Positions 20,106 to 30,143 of a stretch of 64,000 nt of DNA are shown here, piece by piece; the first letter of the stretch is position 1; every line of letters starts with the position of its first letter. The translations under genes and the position numbers were made by a program. The DNA is from an uncultured Mycoplasma sp. (lineage in GTDB: Bacteria; Bacillota_I; Bacilli_A; RF39; UBA660): NCBI GenBank assembly GCA_945947035.1, contig CAMEXD010000001.1, positions 26,197-90,196 of the forward strand. Direction: 5' to 3'. The notes below the pieces were generated by a model. That model had not been told where the DNA came from. It worked only from the letters and a program-made list of their open reading frames with translations, and did not search any database.

Positions 20106-21947
20106 ATGAAAAAAATAAAAATAGATAAAATAAGGATATCATTTATAATATCAATAATGGGAGTAGTTGCACTTATTGTTGGAACAAGTTATGCTATATT
20201 TAATACAGTATTAGAATCAAGTAAAGAACAAGTAATAAAAGTTGGTTCTATTGCATTAAAATATACAGATTTAACAGAAAAGGATTTAATAGGATTAGAA
20301 GAACTAACAGATGAAGAAGGAATAGTAAGTGACAATTATTATAGTTTTAGTATTGAAAATATTGGAACAGAAAAAGCTTATTATGAGGTAATGTTAATAA
20401 GTGATGAAGAATCAAATAATAGTTTAGAAAAAGTATTAGATGATAAATATATAAGAGCGAGTATCGAAGTAGATGAAGTAGTAAAACCTGTTATAGATAT
20501 AGAAGAAGTAGGAAGAATAATCTATCAAGATACCATAAATGCAGGAATAACAAAAAATTATAAACTAAGATTATGGCTTAATTTTGATGGTTTAACAACT
20601 GAAGAAAAACAAACTTTATTAAAACAGGCAATTTATTTTAAAATAAAAGTTACTGCAAGTCAAATAACAGAATTGCCAAACTTAGATGAAAGTGGAGCTA
20701 GTATTCCAGAATTGGCAACAGGAATGATACCAGTATATTATGATGAAACAGCAAACACATGGAAAAAAGCAAGTTCAAAAAATAATGATGAAAATAATAG
20801 ATGGTACGATTATGATAATAAGATGTGGGCCAATGCAGTAACAGTAAGTGATACAAATAGAACTACTTATTTAAACGCTAGTTTAGGAACACCAATATCT
20901 ATGGATGATATAAATACCATGTGGGTATGGATACCAAGGTTTAGTGCTACAGGTGATACCGTAAATTATAATGGAGGAACACAAGCAAATCCTGGAGCAT
21001 TTAATATAACATTTGTTGATAATAAAAAAGTAGCCCATGATGCATTTACATTTGGAACAAATAAACTTAATGGTTTTTGGGTAGGAAAATTTGAAAATTC
21101 AAGTAATATAACTTGTACAGTATCAGATAATTCGGTAGTAGAATTAGGTTGTAATTTAACAACCATAAGACCAAATATAAAACCAGATGCAATTAGTTGG
21201 AGAGGAGTACAAGTATCAACAATTTATATAGATATATCATTAATGACAGAAACAAATAATCATTATGGTTTAAATAAATTAAAAAATACAACACTAGATA
21301 CACATATGATGAAGAATAATGAGTGGGGAGCAGTAGCATATCTAACCCAAAGTATTTATGGCAGATGTATATCAAGTACAAATTGTACTGAAGTAGGGAT
21401 AAATAACAATAGTAGTTATATAACAGGATATGGTGCACCCGATGGAAGTAATAGTTCAGCAACAAATGGTACTTACGAAACAGATTTAGGAAAGAATGCC
21501 TCAACAACAGGTAATATCTATGGTGTATATGACATGAGTGGTGGATCTTTTGAATATGTTATGGGAGTATACACAGATGGAATAAAAAATTGGTCTGGTT
21601 ATTCAACTTCAAATAATAATCACTCAGGATTTAGTGGATGTTTAGGAAGTAGTTGTAGTAGTACCTATAGTGGATTAACATATCCAGAAAGTAAATACTA
21701 TAATAGCTATACGAATACAGGAACTATCTCATCACCTATAACGAATTATACAAGTAATATGCAACATGCTTTAATAGAAATAGCAGGATGGTATAATGAC
21801 AGACCTAATTTTGTTAATGGTGATTATCCTTGGTTTTTACGTGGTGGTTATTACGATTCTGGAATTTATGCTGGTATTTTTCATTATAACTATGATGGTG
21901 GATTAGCAAATAAAATTTATTCATCCCGCTCTGTTTTAGTTAAATAA
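20106..21947 (+). CDS. SipW-type secreted protein with C-terminal CLec/FGE-like domain
   Basis: Leader VGTSYAIFN; MWVWIPRF, GFWVGKFE, HMMKNNEWGAVAYL, GVYDMSGG, WFLRGGYY...AGIF...SR. Confidence 0.75.
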   Translation: MKKIKIDKIRISFIISIMGVVALIVGTSYAIFNTVLESSKEQVIKVGSIALKYTDLTEKDLIGLEELTDEEGIVSDNYYSFSIENIGTEKAYYEVMLISDEESNNSLEKVLDDKYIRASIEVDEVVKPVIDIEEVGRIIYQDTINAGITKNYKLRLWLNFDGLTTEEKQTLLKQAIYFKIKVTASQITELPNLDESGASIPELATGMIPVYYDETANTWKKASSKNNDENNRWYDYDNKMWANAVTVSDTNRTTYLNASLGTPISMDDINTMWVWIPRFSATGDTVNYNGGTQANPGAFNITFVDNKKVAHDAFTFGTNKLNGFWVGKFENSSNITCTVSDNSVVELGCNLTTIRPNIKPDAISWRGVQVSTIYIDISLMTETNNHYGLNKLKNTTLDTHMMKNNEWGAVAYLTQSIYGRCISSTNCTEVGINNNSSYITGYGAPDGSNSSATNGTYETDLGKNASTTGNIYGVYDMSGGSFEYVMGVYTDGIKNWSGYSTSNNNHSGFSGCLGSSCSSTYSGLTYPESKYYNSYTNTGTISSPITNYTSNMQHALIEIAGWYNDRPNFVNGDYPWFLRGGYYDSGIYAGIFHYNYDGGLANKIYSSRSVLVK

Positions 21948-22017
21948 AAAATTTTAAATACCATTTATAATTTTATTAACAAATTGATTTTTTATAAAAT
22001 AAGAAAGGTACATAAAA

Positions 22018-23160
22018 ATGAAAAAATATATAGATTTTAAGACAAACAAAATAAAAAATTTATTATTATCTGATATTAAAATTATAAATAAGTACTTATT
22101 AACAATGATAGTATTTGTAATATTAATGGTTGCAGGTAGTATATCGTACGCCTTATTTGTTTTTGAATTCGAATCAGATAGTATTATGCTATTATATGAT
22201 GATATAAAAGGACCAATATGTGTAATAAATGGACCTGATGTATCAGAAATTGGAGTAAATAGTAATACAACATATATAATGAATTGTACAGATAATTTTG
22301 GTGTAGTTGATACTATTTTAACAAGTGATAATTTTACTATAACTGGTGATATAACAATAAGTAATATAACAAAAGAACAAATAGATAATGGTTATAAATA
22401 TAATATAACAATTTTATCTGGAACAACAAATACAACGGGTAATATAAAGTTAAATAGTAATGTAATACAAGATATAAATGGCAATTATAACAAAGAATCT
22501 AATGTAAGTAATAATGTTGTTGTTACATCATATAAAAATTTTTATATAGTTTATGGTGGACAAACTCTAGAATATCATTTTGATGAAGGAATGACATTTA
22601 ATGATTTTATATCAAGTAAGTATAATGATGGAAATATATCAAATGATAGTGGTTATCTTGCTTATAATACGGAATATGAAGTTTATAGTGGTTCAACAAG
22701 ATTAACACCAGATAAATCAATAACAATAAATGCTACTTATACTACCAAAGATACACTTGCTAAATTGGTTATATCTGGAGGACGTCTTAAGGAAACAAGT
22801 AACATTTCATATGATGGTAAAGATGGTGCATGCGATGAAAAAATAGAAATAACAAACTATTATGGTGCTGGATATGTGACAGTAAATGGAACAAATTATG
22901 TTTCAACAACTCTTTGGATAAATAAAAACACAACTATAAAAATATACTATAGTAATGATTATACTACAGCAAAATCATCTTCTGGATGGGTTTATTATAA
23001 ACCAAGATATACAACTCAAAATTATACTGTTAGCAAAAATACATATGTTAGATTAAATTCAACTGGAAAAAGTGTAAATTCTCCTAGTGTATGTGATGCG
23101 GGATTAGTATATAGTGATTATTACGATTATTGTTCTTATTTTACTGTAACGATATCGTAA
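22018..23160 (+). CDS. SipW-type secreted protein, Ig-like beta-rich
   Basis: Leader GSISYALFV; DIKGPIC...DINGN Ig-like motif. Confidence 0.6.
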   Translation: MKKYIDFKTNKIKNLLLSDIKIINKYLLTMIVFVILMVAGSISYALFVFEFESDSIMLLYDDIKGPICVINGPDVSEIGVNSNTTYIMNCTDNFGVVDTILTSDNFTITGDITISNITKEQIDNGYKYNITILSGTTNTTGNIKLNSNVIQDINGNYNKESNVSNNVVVTSYKNFYIVYGGQTLEYHFDEGMTFNDFISSKYNDGNISNDSGYLAYNTEYEVYSGSTRLTPDKSITINATYTTKDTLAKLVISGGRLKETSNISYDGKDGACDEKIEITNYYGAGYVTVNGTNYVSTTLWINKNTTIKIYYSNDYTTAKSSSGWVYYKPRYTTQNYTVSKNTYVRLNSTGKSVNSPSVCDAGLVYSDYYDYCSYFTVTIS

Positions 23161-23295
23161 ATGATAGATATATTATAAATTTTAAAATTTAATTAACATT
23201 TTTCAATAAATTAACAAAATAACTTTATTTTTTATAATTAAATGTGTTAAAATCATATTAAGGATAATAATCTATAATTCAATAGGAGTAAGAAT

Positions 23296-24873
23296 ATGGA
23301 TAATGATATAAATATAGTTGAAGAAAAAAGAAAGTTTTTTAATAGATTACAAAGAAAAAATAAAGTTAATAAGTCAAAAATAGAAGAACTTGACATAGAT
23401 TCTATTGGTATTTCATTAAACTATCAACAAATAGATTTAATGAATTATTCTTGGAGTGATAACATAAAGTATGAAAGTTATCAGAATAAATTACTACCAT
23501 TCAGTGATTTTTCTAAAAAAAATGAAAGAAAAAGACATTTGATGATTTTAGATGATTTAAGAAAAGATACTAAACTACCTGAGAAAATAAGAGATGTTTT
23601 TGATAAAATTTATGATCAAACTGTAAATAATAAAAATATAACTGATGGTGTTTTAACATCAACACTTGATAAACTAACAACTAGATTGTCAACAGATTTA
23701 CAACATCATATTTTTAAAAAAGTGAATGAGTTATTTAGAGTTTCATACATCGGTATAAAAGATATGAAAATTGAAGAAGCAAGAAAATTATATTCTTATG
23801 TTAATAATGATTTCACATCAATTACAATTAAAGATTTATGTGATTATAAAAATTATGTTAATTACAATGGTAGTTACAATAGAGATGATTTAGAAAGAGC
23901 ATTAAAATTTTGCTATGATAATGATAAACAAGTAAGAATTAAAGATTTAATTAGTTATGATAGTTTTCCTTCTTACTTAAAAGAAGAACCAAAAGAAGTA
24001 GTAAAACAAAAATTACTTACTTATATTGATGATTTAACTAGATATATTAAAAATTATAATGTTATTCATACAAGAATAGATAGAAAGAATTTTATAAGAA
24101 GTATTGATATAATATCATCATTAATTACAGATGATGTTCCATATAAATATCGTGGTAATTTAAGTGATTATAATGAATCTGGTATTTTATCTGTTTTATC
24201 ACTTGAAGATATACTTGATGTTATAAAAGTTGCTAGAAATAATTTACCAACAGTATCATTTGTCTATAATGAAGATGGATTAGAAAATGTTGATAAGCGT
24301 AAAAAAGTTAAAGAAATTATAAAAGCTATAAATGAATATGAAAAGAAAAATAATCTAAAATTAATTGATGTATTAGGAATAAAAATGCATGTTAGTTTAG
24401 ATGTTTTAAATGATTCTTTACTTGATATGTTTAATGATCTTAGTGAACTTAATCTTCCTATTGCTATAACAGAATTTGATCTTCATGCAACAACTGATAT
24501 GTTAGAAAATAATACAAGTAATGAAATTGAAATTTTAAGAGAAAGATTTATTAGTGATTTATGTAATATGATTACTAATTTGCAAATTTCTAAAGTTATA
24601 AAATTTGACTCTTTTACTATTGATAGTGTTAATAATAAACAAAATGAAATGTTAGAAATTATTAATGAAAAAAGAAGAGAAAATAATTTGCCACAATTGT
24701 TAACAATTTATGGTGGATATTATGATGATAATATGGAAAAAAAAGAAATACCTGATTTTGGTTTGAAATATAGCGAAAGTGGTGGAGTGGATTTCTTCTA
24801 TGGTGCGATTATAATAGTTTCTTTAGCTTTAATTATTGCGGCAGTTTGTTTTGTATTTATAAAATTTATATAA
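23296..24873 (+). CDS. GH10-like TIM-barrel protein with C-terminal membrane anchor (degenerate active site)
   Basis: FVYNE, IDVLGIKMH, LPIAITEFD; WDVVNE-equivalent reads IDIISS; C-terminal TM. Confidence 0.65.
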   Translation: MDNDINIVEEKRKFFNRLQRKNKVNKSKIEELDIDSIGISLNYQQIDLMNYSWSDNIKYESYQNKLLPFSDFSKKNERKRHLMILDDLRKDTKLPEKIRDVFDKIYDQTVNNKNITDGVLTSTLDKLTTRLSTDLQHHIFKKVNELFRVSYIGIKDMKIEEARKLYSYVNNDFTSITIKDLCDYKNYVNYNGSYNRDDLERALKFCYDNDKQVRIKDLISYDSFPSYLKEEPKEVVKQKLLTYIDDLTRYIKNYNVIHTRIDRKNFIRSIDIISSLITDDVPYKYRGNLSDYNESGILSVLSLEDILDVIKVARNNLPTVSFVYNEDGLENVDKRKKVKEIIKAINEYEKKNNLKLIDVLGIKMHVSLDVLNDSLLDMFNDLSELNLPIAITEFDLHATTDMLENNTSNEIEILRERFISDLCNMITNLQISKVIKFDSFTIDSVNNKQNEMLEIINEKRRENNLPQLLTIYGGYYDDNMEKKEIPDFGLKYSESGGVDFFYGAIIIVSLALIIAAVCFVFIKFI

Positions 24874-24947
24874 AAGGTATAATTAATTATATCTTTTTTA
24901 ACATTTTTAATAAGAAATAATGTATAATAGTTAATTGAGGTGGGATT

Positions 24948-25793
24948 ATGGATAAGATAATTGATGGAAAATTGGTAAGTGGTATTATAAAAGAAAATTT
25001 AAAAAAAGAAATAGCTACTTTAGATGAAAAATTAACTCTTGTAGTTATTCAAGTTGGTAATAATGAAGCATCTAATATTTATGTAAATAATAAGATAAAA
25101 TTATGTAATGAAATAGGAATTAATTCTATTTATAAAAAATATGAAGATATAGATGAAAAAAGCTTAATAAAAGAAATAGAAAAATTTAACAATGATTCTA
25201 GTATTAATGGTATTTTAGTACAACTCCCTTTACCAGATTCTTTTAATACTAAAAAAGTTATTAATTCTATCTCATATAAAAAAGATGTTGATGGTCTTAC
25301 AAGTATTAATCTTGGAAAATTATATAATAATGAAGAAAGTATAATACCTTGTACTGCTAAAGGGGTTATGAAATTATTAGATTATTATAACGTATTATTA
25401 GAAAGCAAAAAAGTATCAATTGTTGGAAGAAGTACTCTTGTTGGAATTCCTCTTTTTAAACTTTTATTAGACAGAAATTGTACTGTTGTTATGTGTCATT
25501 CTAAAACTAAGGATTTAAAAAGTATTCTAAAAGAAAGCGATATCATAATCTCTGCAACAGGGAAAAAAGGTTTAATAACTCGTGATATGGTAAAAGAAGG
25601 TTCTGTTGTTATTGATGTTGGAATAAGCAGAATTGAAAATAAAATCTATGGCGATGTTTGTTTTGATGAAGTCTTAGAAAAAGCTTCTTTAATTACTAAA
25701 GTTCCTGGTGGAGTAGGACCTATGACTGTTATTTGTCTAATGGAAAATACATTAGATTGTTATAAAATACAAAAAAATATGAGAAATTTATAA
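24948..25793 (+). CDS. folD: Methylenetetrahydrofolate dehydrogenase/cyclohydrolase
   Basis: GILVQLPLP, KDVDG, PCT, VPGGVGPMT. Confidence 0.96.
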   Translation: MDKIIDGKLVSGIIKENLKKEIATLDEKLTLVVIQVGNNEASNIYVNNKIKLCNEIGINSIYKKYEDIDEKSLIKEIEKFNNDSSINGILVQLPLPDSFNTKKVINSISYKKDVDGLTSINLGKLYNNEESIIPCTAKGVMKLLDYYNVLLESKKVSIVGRSTLVGIPLFKLLLDRNCTVVMCHSKTKDLKSILKESDIIISATGKKGLITRDMVKEGSVVIDVGISRIENKIYGDVCFDEVLEKASLITKVPGGVGPMTVICLMENTLDCYKIQKNMRNL

Positions 25794-25855
25794 AAAAGTG
25801 TTGAAAAAAATAGTTATCTATCATATAATAAGATTACGTTTTTAAAACATTTCTT

Positions 25856-25948
25856 GGAGTGGTACTCAAGAGGCTGAAGAGGCGCCCCTGCTAAGGGTGT
25901 AGATCGGATAAAACTGGTGCGAGGGTTCAAATCCCTCCCGCTCCGCCA
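25856..25948 (+). tRNA. tRNA-Ser(GCT)
   Basis: Cloverleaf with long variable arm, anticodon loop CT-GCT-AA, GGTTCAAATC T-arm, CCA end. Confidence 0.95.
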
Positions 25949-26054
25949 TATTAGAAAAGTAAGTTCTGATTAGTTCGGGACTTTTTTTAATTTAATTATA
26001 GAAATTTTGTGTAAAAATATTTCATATAATATATTAATTTTTTTTAAAATTATC

Positions 26055-26085
26055 TTGACTCTCCCCTTAGAGTAGGTTGTATAAA
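26055..26085 (+). promoter_or_regulatory. MerR-type promoter/operator with 19-bp spacer
   Basis: TTGACT-ctccccttagagtaggttg-TATAAA directly upstream of the MerR-family gene. Confidence 0.8.
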
Positions 26086-26104
26086 TAATTTAGGAGGCGA
26101 AAAT

Positions 26105-26902
26105 ATGTATAAAATTGGAGATTTTTCTAGCATGTCAAAAACTACTATAAAAACACTTAGATATTACGAAAAAGAAGAATTATTAAAACCTGTTTATGTA
26201 GATCCAAAAACAGGTTATAGATACTATGAAACAAGTCAATTAGTTGAAATATCTAAGATTATTTCTTTAAGACAAATCGGATTATCAATTAAAGATATAA
26301 AAAAGATATTAGATGGATATGATATGGAAGAAATACTAAACAAAAGAAAAAAAGAGATAGAAGAAAATCTTGTTAATTACAATACCTCGCTTTCTAAAAT
26401 TAATTATTTATTGGAGGAAAACAATATGAAAAATGAAATATTTATTAAAGAAATACCAAGTTATGTAATATATTATCGTGATGGAGTAATATCTGATTTT
26501 AGTAAAATTCCAGAATTTGTTTTACAAGCTGGGACAGAATGTACTAAGAAAAATCCTAATTTAAAATGTGTAACACCAGATTATTGCTATATTAGTTATT
26601 TGGATGGTGAATATAAGGAAAAAGATATTAAAATTAGATATGCCGAAGCTGTTGAAAAAATTGGAGTAGAAACTGAAAAAGTAAAATTTATGAAAACTAA
26701 TCCTATAACAGCCGTATGTATTTATCATAAAGGATCATATGACACTTTAAGAGATTCATATAATATTATTTTAAAATACATTGAAGATAATGGCTATGAA
26801 ATAATAGATAATGTTCGTGAATGTTATATTGATGGTTGTTGGAATAAAGATAATGTTTCTGATTATTTAACAGAAATACAATTTCCAGTTAAAAAAAGAT
26901 AA
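26105..26902 (+). CDS. MerR family regulator with GyrI-like effector domain (BmrR-like)
   Basis: YKIGDFS..TTIKTLRYYE, TGYRYY, HKGSY, TEIQFPV. Confidence 0.92.
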   Translation: MYKIGDFSSMSKTTIKTLRYYEKEELLKPVYVDPKTGYRYYETSQLVEISKIISLRQIGLSIKDIKKILDGYDMEEILNKRKKEIEENLVNYNTSLSKINYLLEENNMKNEIFIKEIPSYVIYYRDGVISDFSKIPEFVLQAGTECTKKNPNLKCVTPDYCYISYLDGEYKEKDIKIRYAEAVEKIGVETEKVKFMKTNPITAVCIYHKGSYDTLRDSYNIILKYIEDNGYEIIDNVRECYIDGCWNKDNVSDYLTEIQFPVKKR

Positions 26903-27002
26903 TTGTTAAAGCAAATTATACATTAATTTGCTTTTTATGTGCTATAATTTTTGTATAAGTAGTTTATATTCTGATAAAAAAAAAATAATTGAGGTGAATT
27001 AT

Positions 27003-27878
27003 ATGAAAAATCCAATTTTAGAAATTAAAAATTTAACAAAATACTATGGTAAAGTATTAGGAGTAAAAGATTTATCACTTACTTTAAATGAAGGTGAAAT
27101 ATTTGGTTTTATTGGACCAAATGGTGCAGGAAAATCAACAACAATTAAATCTATTATGAATTTAATAAACAAAACTAATGGAGTTGTTTTACTAAATGGA
27201 AAAGAATTTACTAAAGATGATATTTTATTAAAAGAAATAGTTGGTTATCTTCCTAGTGAAATTCATCTATATGATGATTTGACAGTTAAAGAAATGTTAG
27301 ATTATCATGAAAAGTTTTATAAAAAAAATATTCATCAAAGAAGATTGGAATTAGTTAAAAGACTAAAACTTGATGAATCAAAAAAAATAGAGGATTTATC
27401 TTTAGGTAATTTAAAAAAATTAGGAATTATTTTAGCTTTTATGCATGAACCTAAATTAGTAATTTTAGATGAACCAACAAGTGGACTTGACCCTATTATG
27501 CAACAAGAATTTTATGAATTATTACAAGAAGAAAAAGAAAAAGGAACAACTATATTTTACTCAACTCATATTTTAAATGAAGTTTCTAAAATCTGTGATA
27601 GAGTTGGAATAATTAAAGATGGAGTTTTATTAAAAATAGAAAAAGTAGAAGAAATGAAAAAAAACACTTTGAATTTTGTCACAATAGAATCAGAAGAAAT
27701 AGATAAAATAATTAAAGATTTAAAACTAGATGCAAATTTGAAAAATAATAATGTGATTCGTTTTAAAAATAGTTTATCATCAGATATGCTAATTAAATCT
27801 TTAGCAAAATATAAGATAGATAAAATATTAATTGAAGAAGCAACTTTAGAAGATATATTTTTACATTATTATAAGTAG
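27003..27878 (+). CDS. ABC-2 type transporter ATP-binding protein
   Basis: GPNGAGKST, LSLGN, LDEPTSGLDP. Confidence 0.93.
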   Translation: MKNPILEIKNLTKYYGKVLGVKDLSLTLNEGEIFGFIGPNGAGKSTTIKSIMNLINKTNGVVLLNGKEFTKDDILLKEIVGYLPSEIHLYDDLTVKEMLDYHEKFYKKNIHQRRLELVKRLKLDESKKIEDLSLGNLKKLGIILAFMHEPKLVILDEPTSGLDPIMQQEFYELLQEEKEKGTTIFYSTHILNEVSKICDRVGIIKDGVLLKIEKVEEMKKNTLNFVTIESEEIDKIIKDLKLDANLKNNNVIRFKNSLSSDMLIKSLAKYKIDKILIEEATLEDIFLHYYK

Positions 27879-27888
27879 GAGGAATTTT

Positions 27889-28680
27889 ATGTTTAAAAGA
27901 GAAATGAAAGTAAATTTTAAAAATTTTATTATCTGGTTATCTATTTTAATTGGTTTATTTTTAGTTGTATTTTTAATTTATCCATCAATTGTAAATAGTG
28001 AAAATATAAAGATGCTTGATGAAATGATGTCCTTATTTCCAAAAGAATTATTAATAGCTTTTAATATGGATATAACAACAATTGATAGTTGTTATGGTTG
28101 GTTAAAAACCGAAGGATTTGTTTTTGTTTTATTAATTATTGGTTGTTATTCAGGAATTCTTGGTTCAAATATTTTGTTAAAAGAAGAAAACGATAAAACA
28201 ATTGAATACTTAAATAGTTTACCTATTACTAGAAATAAAATTATTTTTAATAAAGTAATCGTAGGTTTAATATATATATTTTTAATGGTTATAAGTCTTG
28301 GAATCTTTAATTTTATTGGTTTATCAATAAGTGGTGATTTTGATAAATTACAATATATTTTACTTAGCATAACTCCTTTATTTTCTTCAATTCCAATTTA
28401 TTTTACTTGTATGTTTTTATCAACATTTACTAATAAAACAAAAAAAATCTTTGGAATTAGTTTAGAAATAGTATTTATAAGTTATGTTTTTCAAACATTA
28501 TCTAGTATTTCAAGTAATGTAGAATTTTTAAAATATGTATCTTTCTTTACTTTAGCAGATATTAGAAATGTTATTATAGATATTTCTATTAATCCATTAA
28601 TTGTTATAGTAAGTATTCTTATTTCTAGTTTGTTTTTAATATTAGTAGTTATTAATTATAATAAAAAAGAATTAGTATAA
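27889..28680 (+). CDS. ABC-2 type transporter permease
   Basis: Six TM helices; KEENDKTIEYLNSLPITR motif. Confidence 0.88.
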   Translation: MFKREMKVNFKNFIIWLSILIGLFLVVFLIYPSIVNSENIKMLDEMMSLFPKELLIAFNMDITTIDSCYGWLKTEGFVFVLLIIGCYSGILGSNILLKEENDKTIEYLNSLPITRNKIIFNKVIVGLIYIFLMVISLGIFNFIGLSISGDFDKLQYILLSITPLFSSIPIYFTCMFLSTFTNKTKKIFGISLEIVFISYVFQTLSSISSNVEFLKYVSFFTLADIRNVIIDISINPLIVIVSILISSLFLILVVINYNKKELV

Positions 28681-28784
28681 ATGATTTTTATAAAATGTTA
28701 AAAAGCTTTGACAAATTTATAAAACTATTTGGTAGATTTTAATCAAGTAAAAATCTATAATGGATTTCGAAAGGAGAAAAATTT

Positions 28785-29327
28785 ATGCTAGGAGAAAAAA
28801 TTTATAATTTAAGAAAACAAAAAGGTTTTTCACAAGAAGAATTAGGAAGTAAAATTAATGTTTCAAGACAGACAATTTCTAATTGGGAATTAAATGAAAC
28901 AACACCTAATATAGAACAATTAAAACTTTTATCTAAGGTTTTTAATGTTAGTATTGATGATCTTTTAGATAATGATGTCAAAAGTGTTTTAGTTGAAAGA
29001 GTAAGTAATACAGAAAAATTAGCAGGTATTATTATTAAAATATTAAAAATAATGGGAATAGTACTTATCGCTTTTGTATTAATAGATGTAATTGCTTTTA
29101 TTTTTTTCACTACATCTAAAAGAATAGAAAGCAGTGCCCAAGTAGTATGTACACTTGAAGAAGAAAAATATTTAATAGAAATTAGTTCAAAAAAGTATTT
29201 CAATTGTGATAATTGCTCTTTAGAAATGGAACATGAATTAGAAAAGTTAGTTGATTTTAATCATATAGATAAAAGCATTAATAGTATTGAAGATTATTTT
29301 ACATCTAATAATGGTTATTGTGAGTAA
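28785..29327 (+). CDS. XRE HTH regulator with TM helix and small extracellular domain
   Basis: SQEELG..VSRQTISNWE; TM; Cys-containing C-terminus. Confidence 0.85.
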   Translation: MLGEKIYNLRKQKGFSQEELGSKINVSRQTISNWELNETTPNIEQLKLLSKVFNVSIDDLLDNDVKSVLVERVSNTEKLAGIIIKILKIMGIVLIAFVLIDVIAFIFFTTSKRIESSAQVVCTLEEEKYLIEISSKKYFNCDNCSLEMEHELEKLVDFNHIDKSINSIEDYFTSNNGYCE

Positions 29328-29412
29328 AATAATAGTAATAATATTTACACTCTACAAAAAATAGAGTTAAATTCCATTTTTACATGTTAAAATATATATG
29401 TAAGGAGGAAAT

Positions 29413-30132
29413 ATGGTTACTTTAGGTGAAAAAATAAAAAAAATAAGAATTTCAAACAATCTCAAACAAAGTGAATTAGCAGAAATACTTTTCGTTTCTG
29501 AAAAAACAATTTCTAGTTGGGAAAATAATAGAACAATCCCAGATTTAAATATGATTTATAAAATATCAGATTATTTTAAAAAAAGCTTTTATTATTTAAT
29601 CAACAATGATTGTGATACTGATAATACAGATGAAATTGAAATTAAATTAAAGGTTGATGATAATGAATATAATCGAATATTAAATTTGATAAGAAAATGT
29701 TCTATTAATAAACGAAATGTTAACCAAATTGATACTTATTATTTAACAGATAGAGAAATTAATAAAGAATGGTTAAGAATAAGAAATGAAAATGGAAAAT
29801 ACATATTTAATTATAAAAAGAAAATAGATAACTCCCATTATGAAAAATACGATGTATTAATAGATAATTTTAATAATTTAAATAAAATTTTATTGTCATT
29901 AGGAATTAAAAAAATTGGAACTATAAATAAAAATAGGACAAGTTACTTATATAAAGATAAATATGAATTTTCATTTGATAATGTAAAAGACATAGGTATG
30001 TTTATAGAAATAGAACTAATTAATAAAAGTGAAGATGATGAAACAGATTTTTGTGATTTGTTAAAAATTATGGAAAATTTAAAAATAGATTTAAATATGA
30101 TTGAACAAAAAAAATATATCGATTATATATAA
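29413..30132 (+). CDS. XRE HTH-CYTH (class IV adenylate cyclase-like) fusion
   Basis: VSEKTISSWEN HTH; EIEIK, QIDTYY, WLRIR, KNR, FIEIE CYTH motifs. Confidence 0.85.
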   Translation: MVTLGEKIKKIRISNNLKQSELAEILFVSEKTISSWENNRTIPDLNMIYKISDYFKKSFYYLINNDCDTDNTDEIEIKLKVDDNEYNRILNLIRKCSINKRNVNQIDTYYLTDREINKEWLRIRNENGKYIFNYKKKIDNSHYEKYDVLIDNFNNLNKILLSLGIKKIGTINKNRTSYLYKDKYEFSFDNVKDIGMFIEIELINKSEDDETDFCDLLKIMENLKIDLNMIEQKKYIDYI

Positions 30133-30143
30133 TTGGAGGATAT

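Noticed and set aside
21945-21976. DGR homing hairpin after the candidate variable region
   Set aside because: The stem is all A/T with a mismatch, unlike GC-rich DGR hairpins; not counted as evidence
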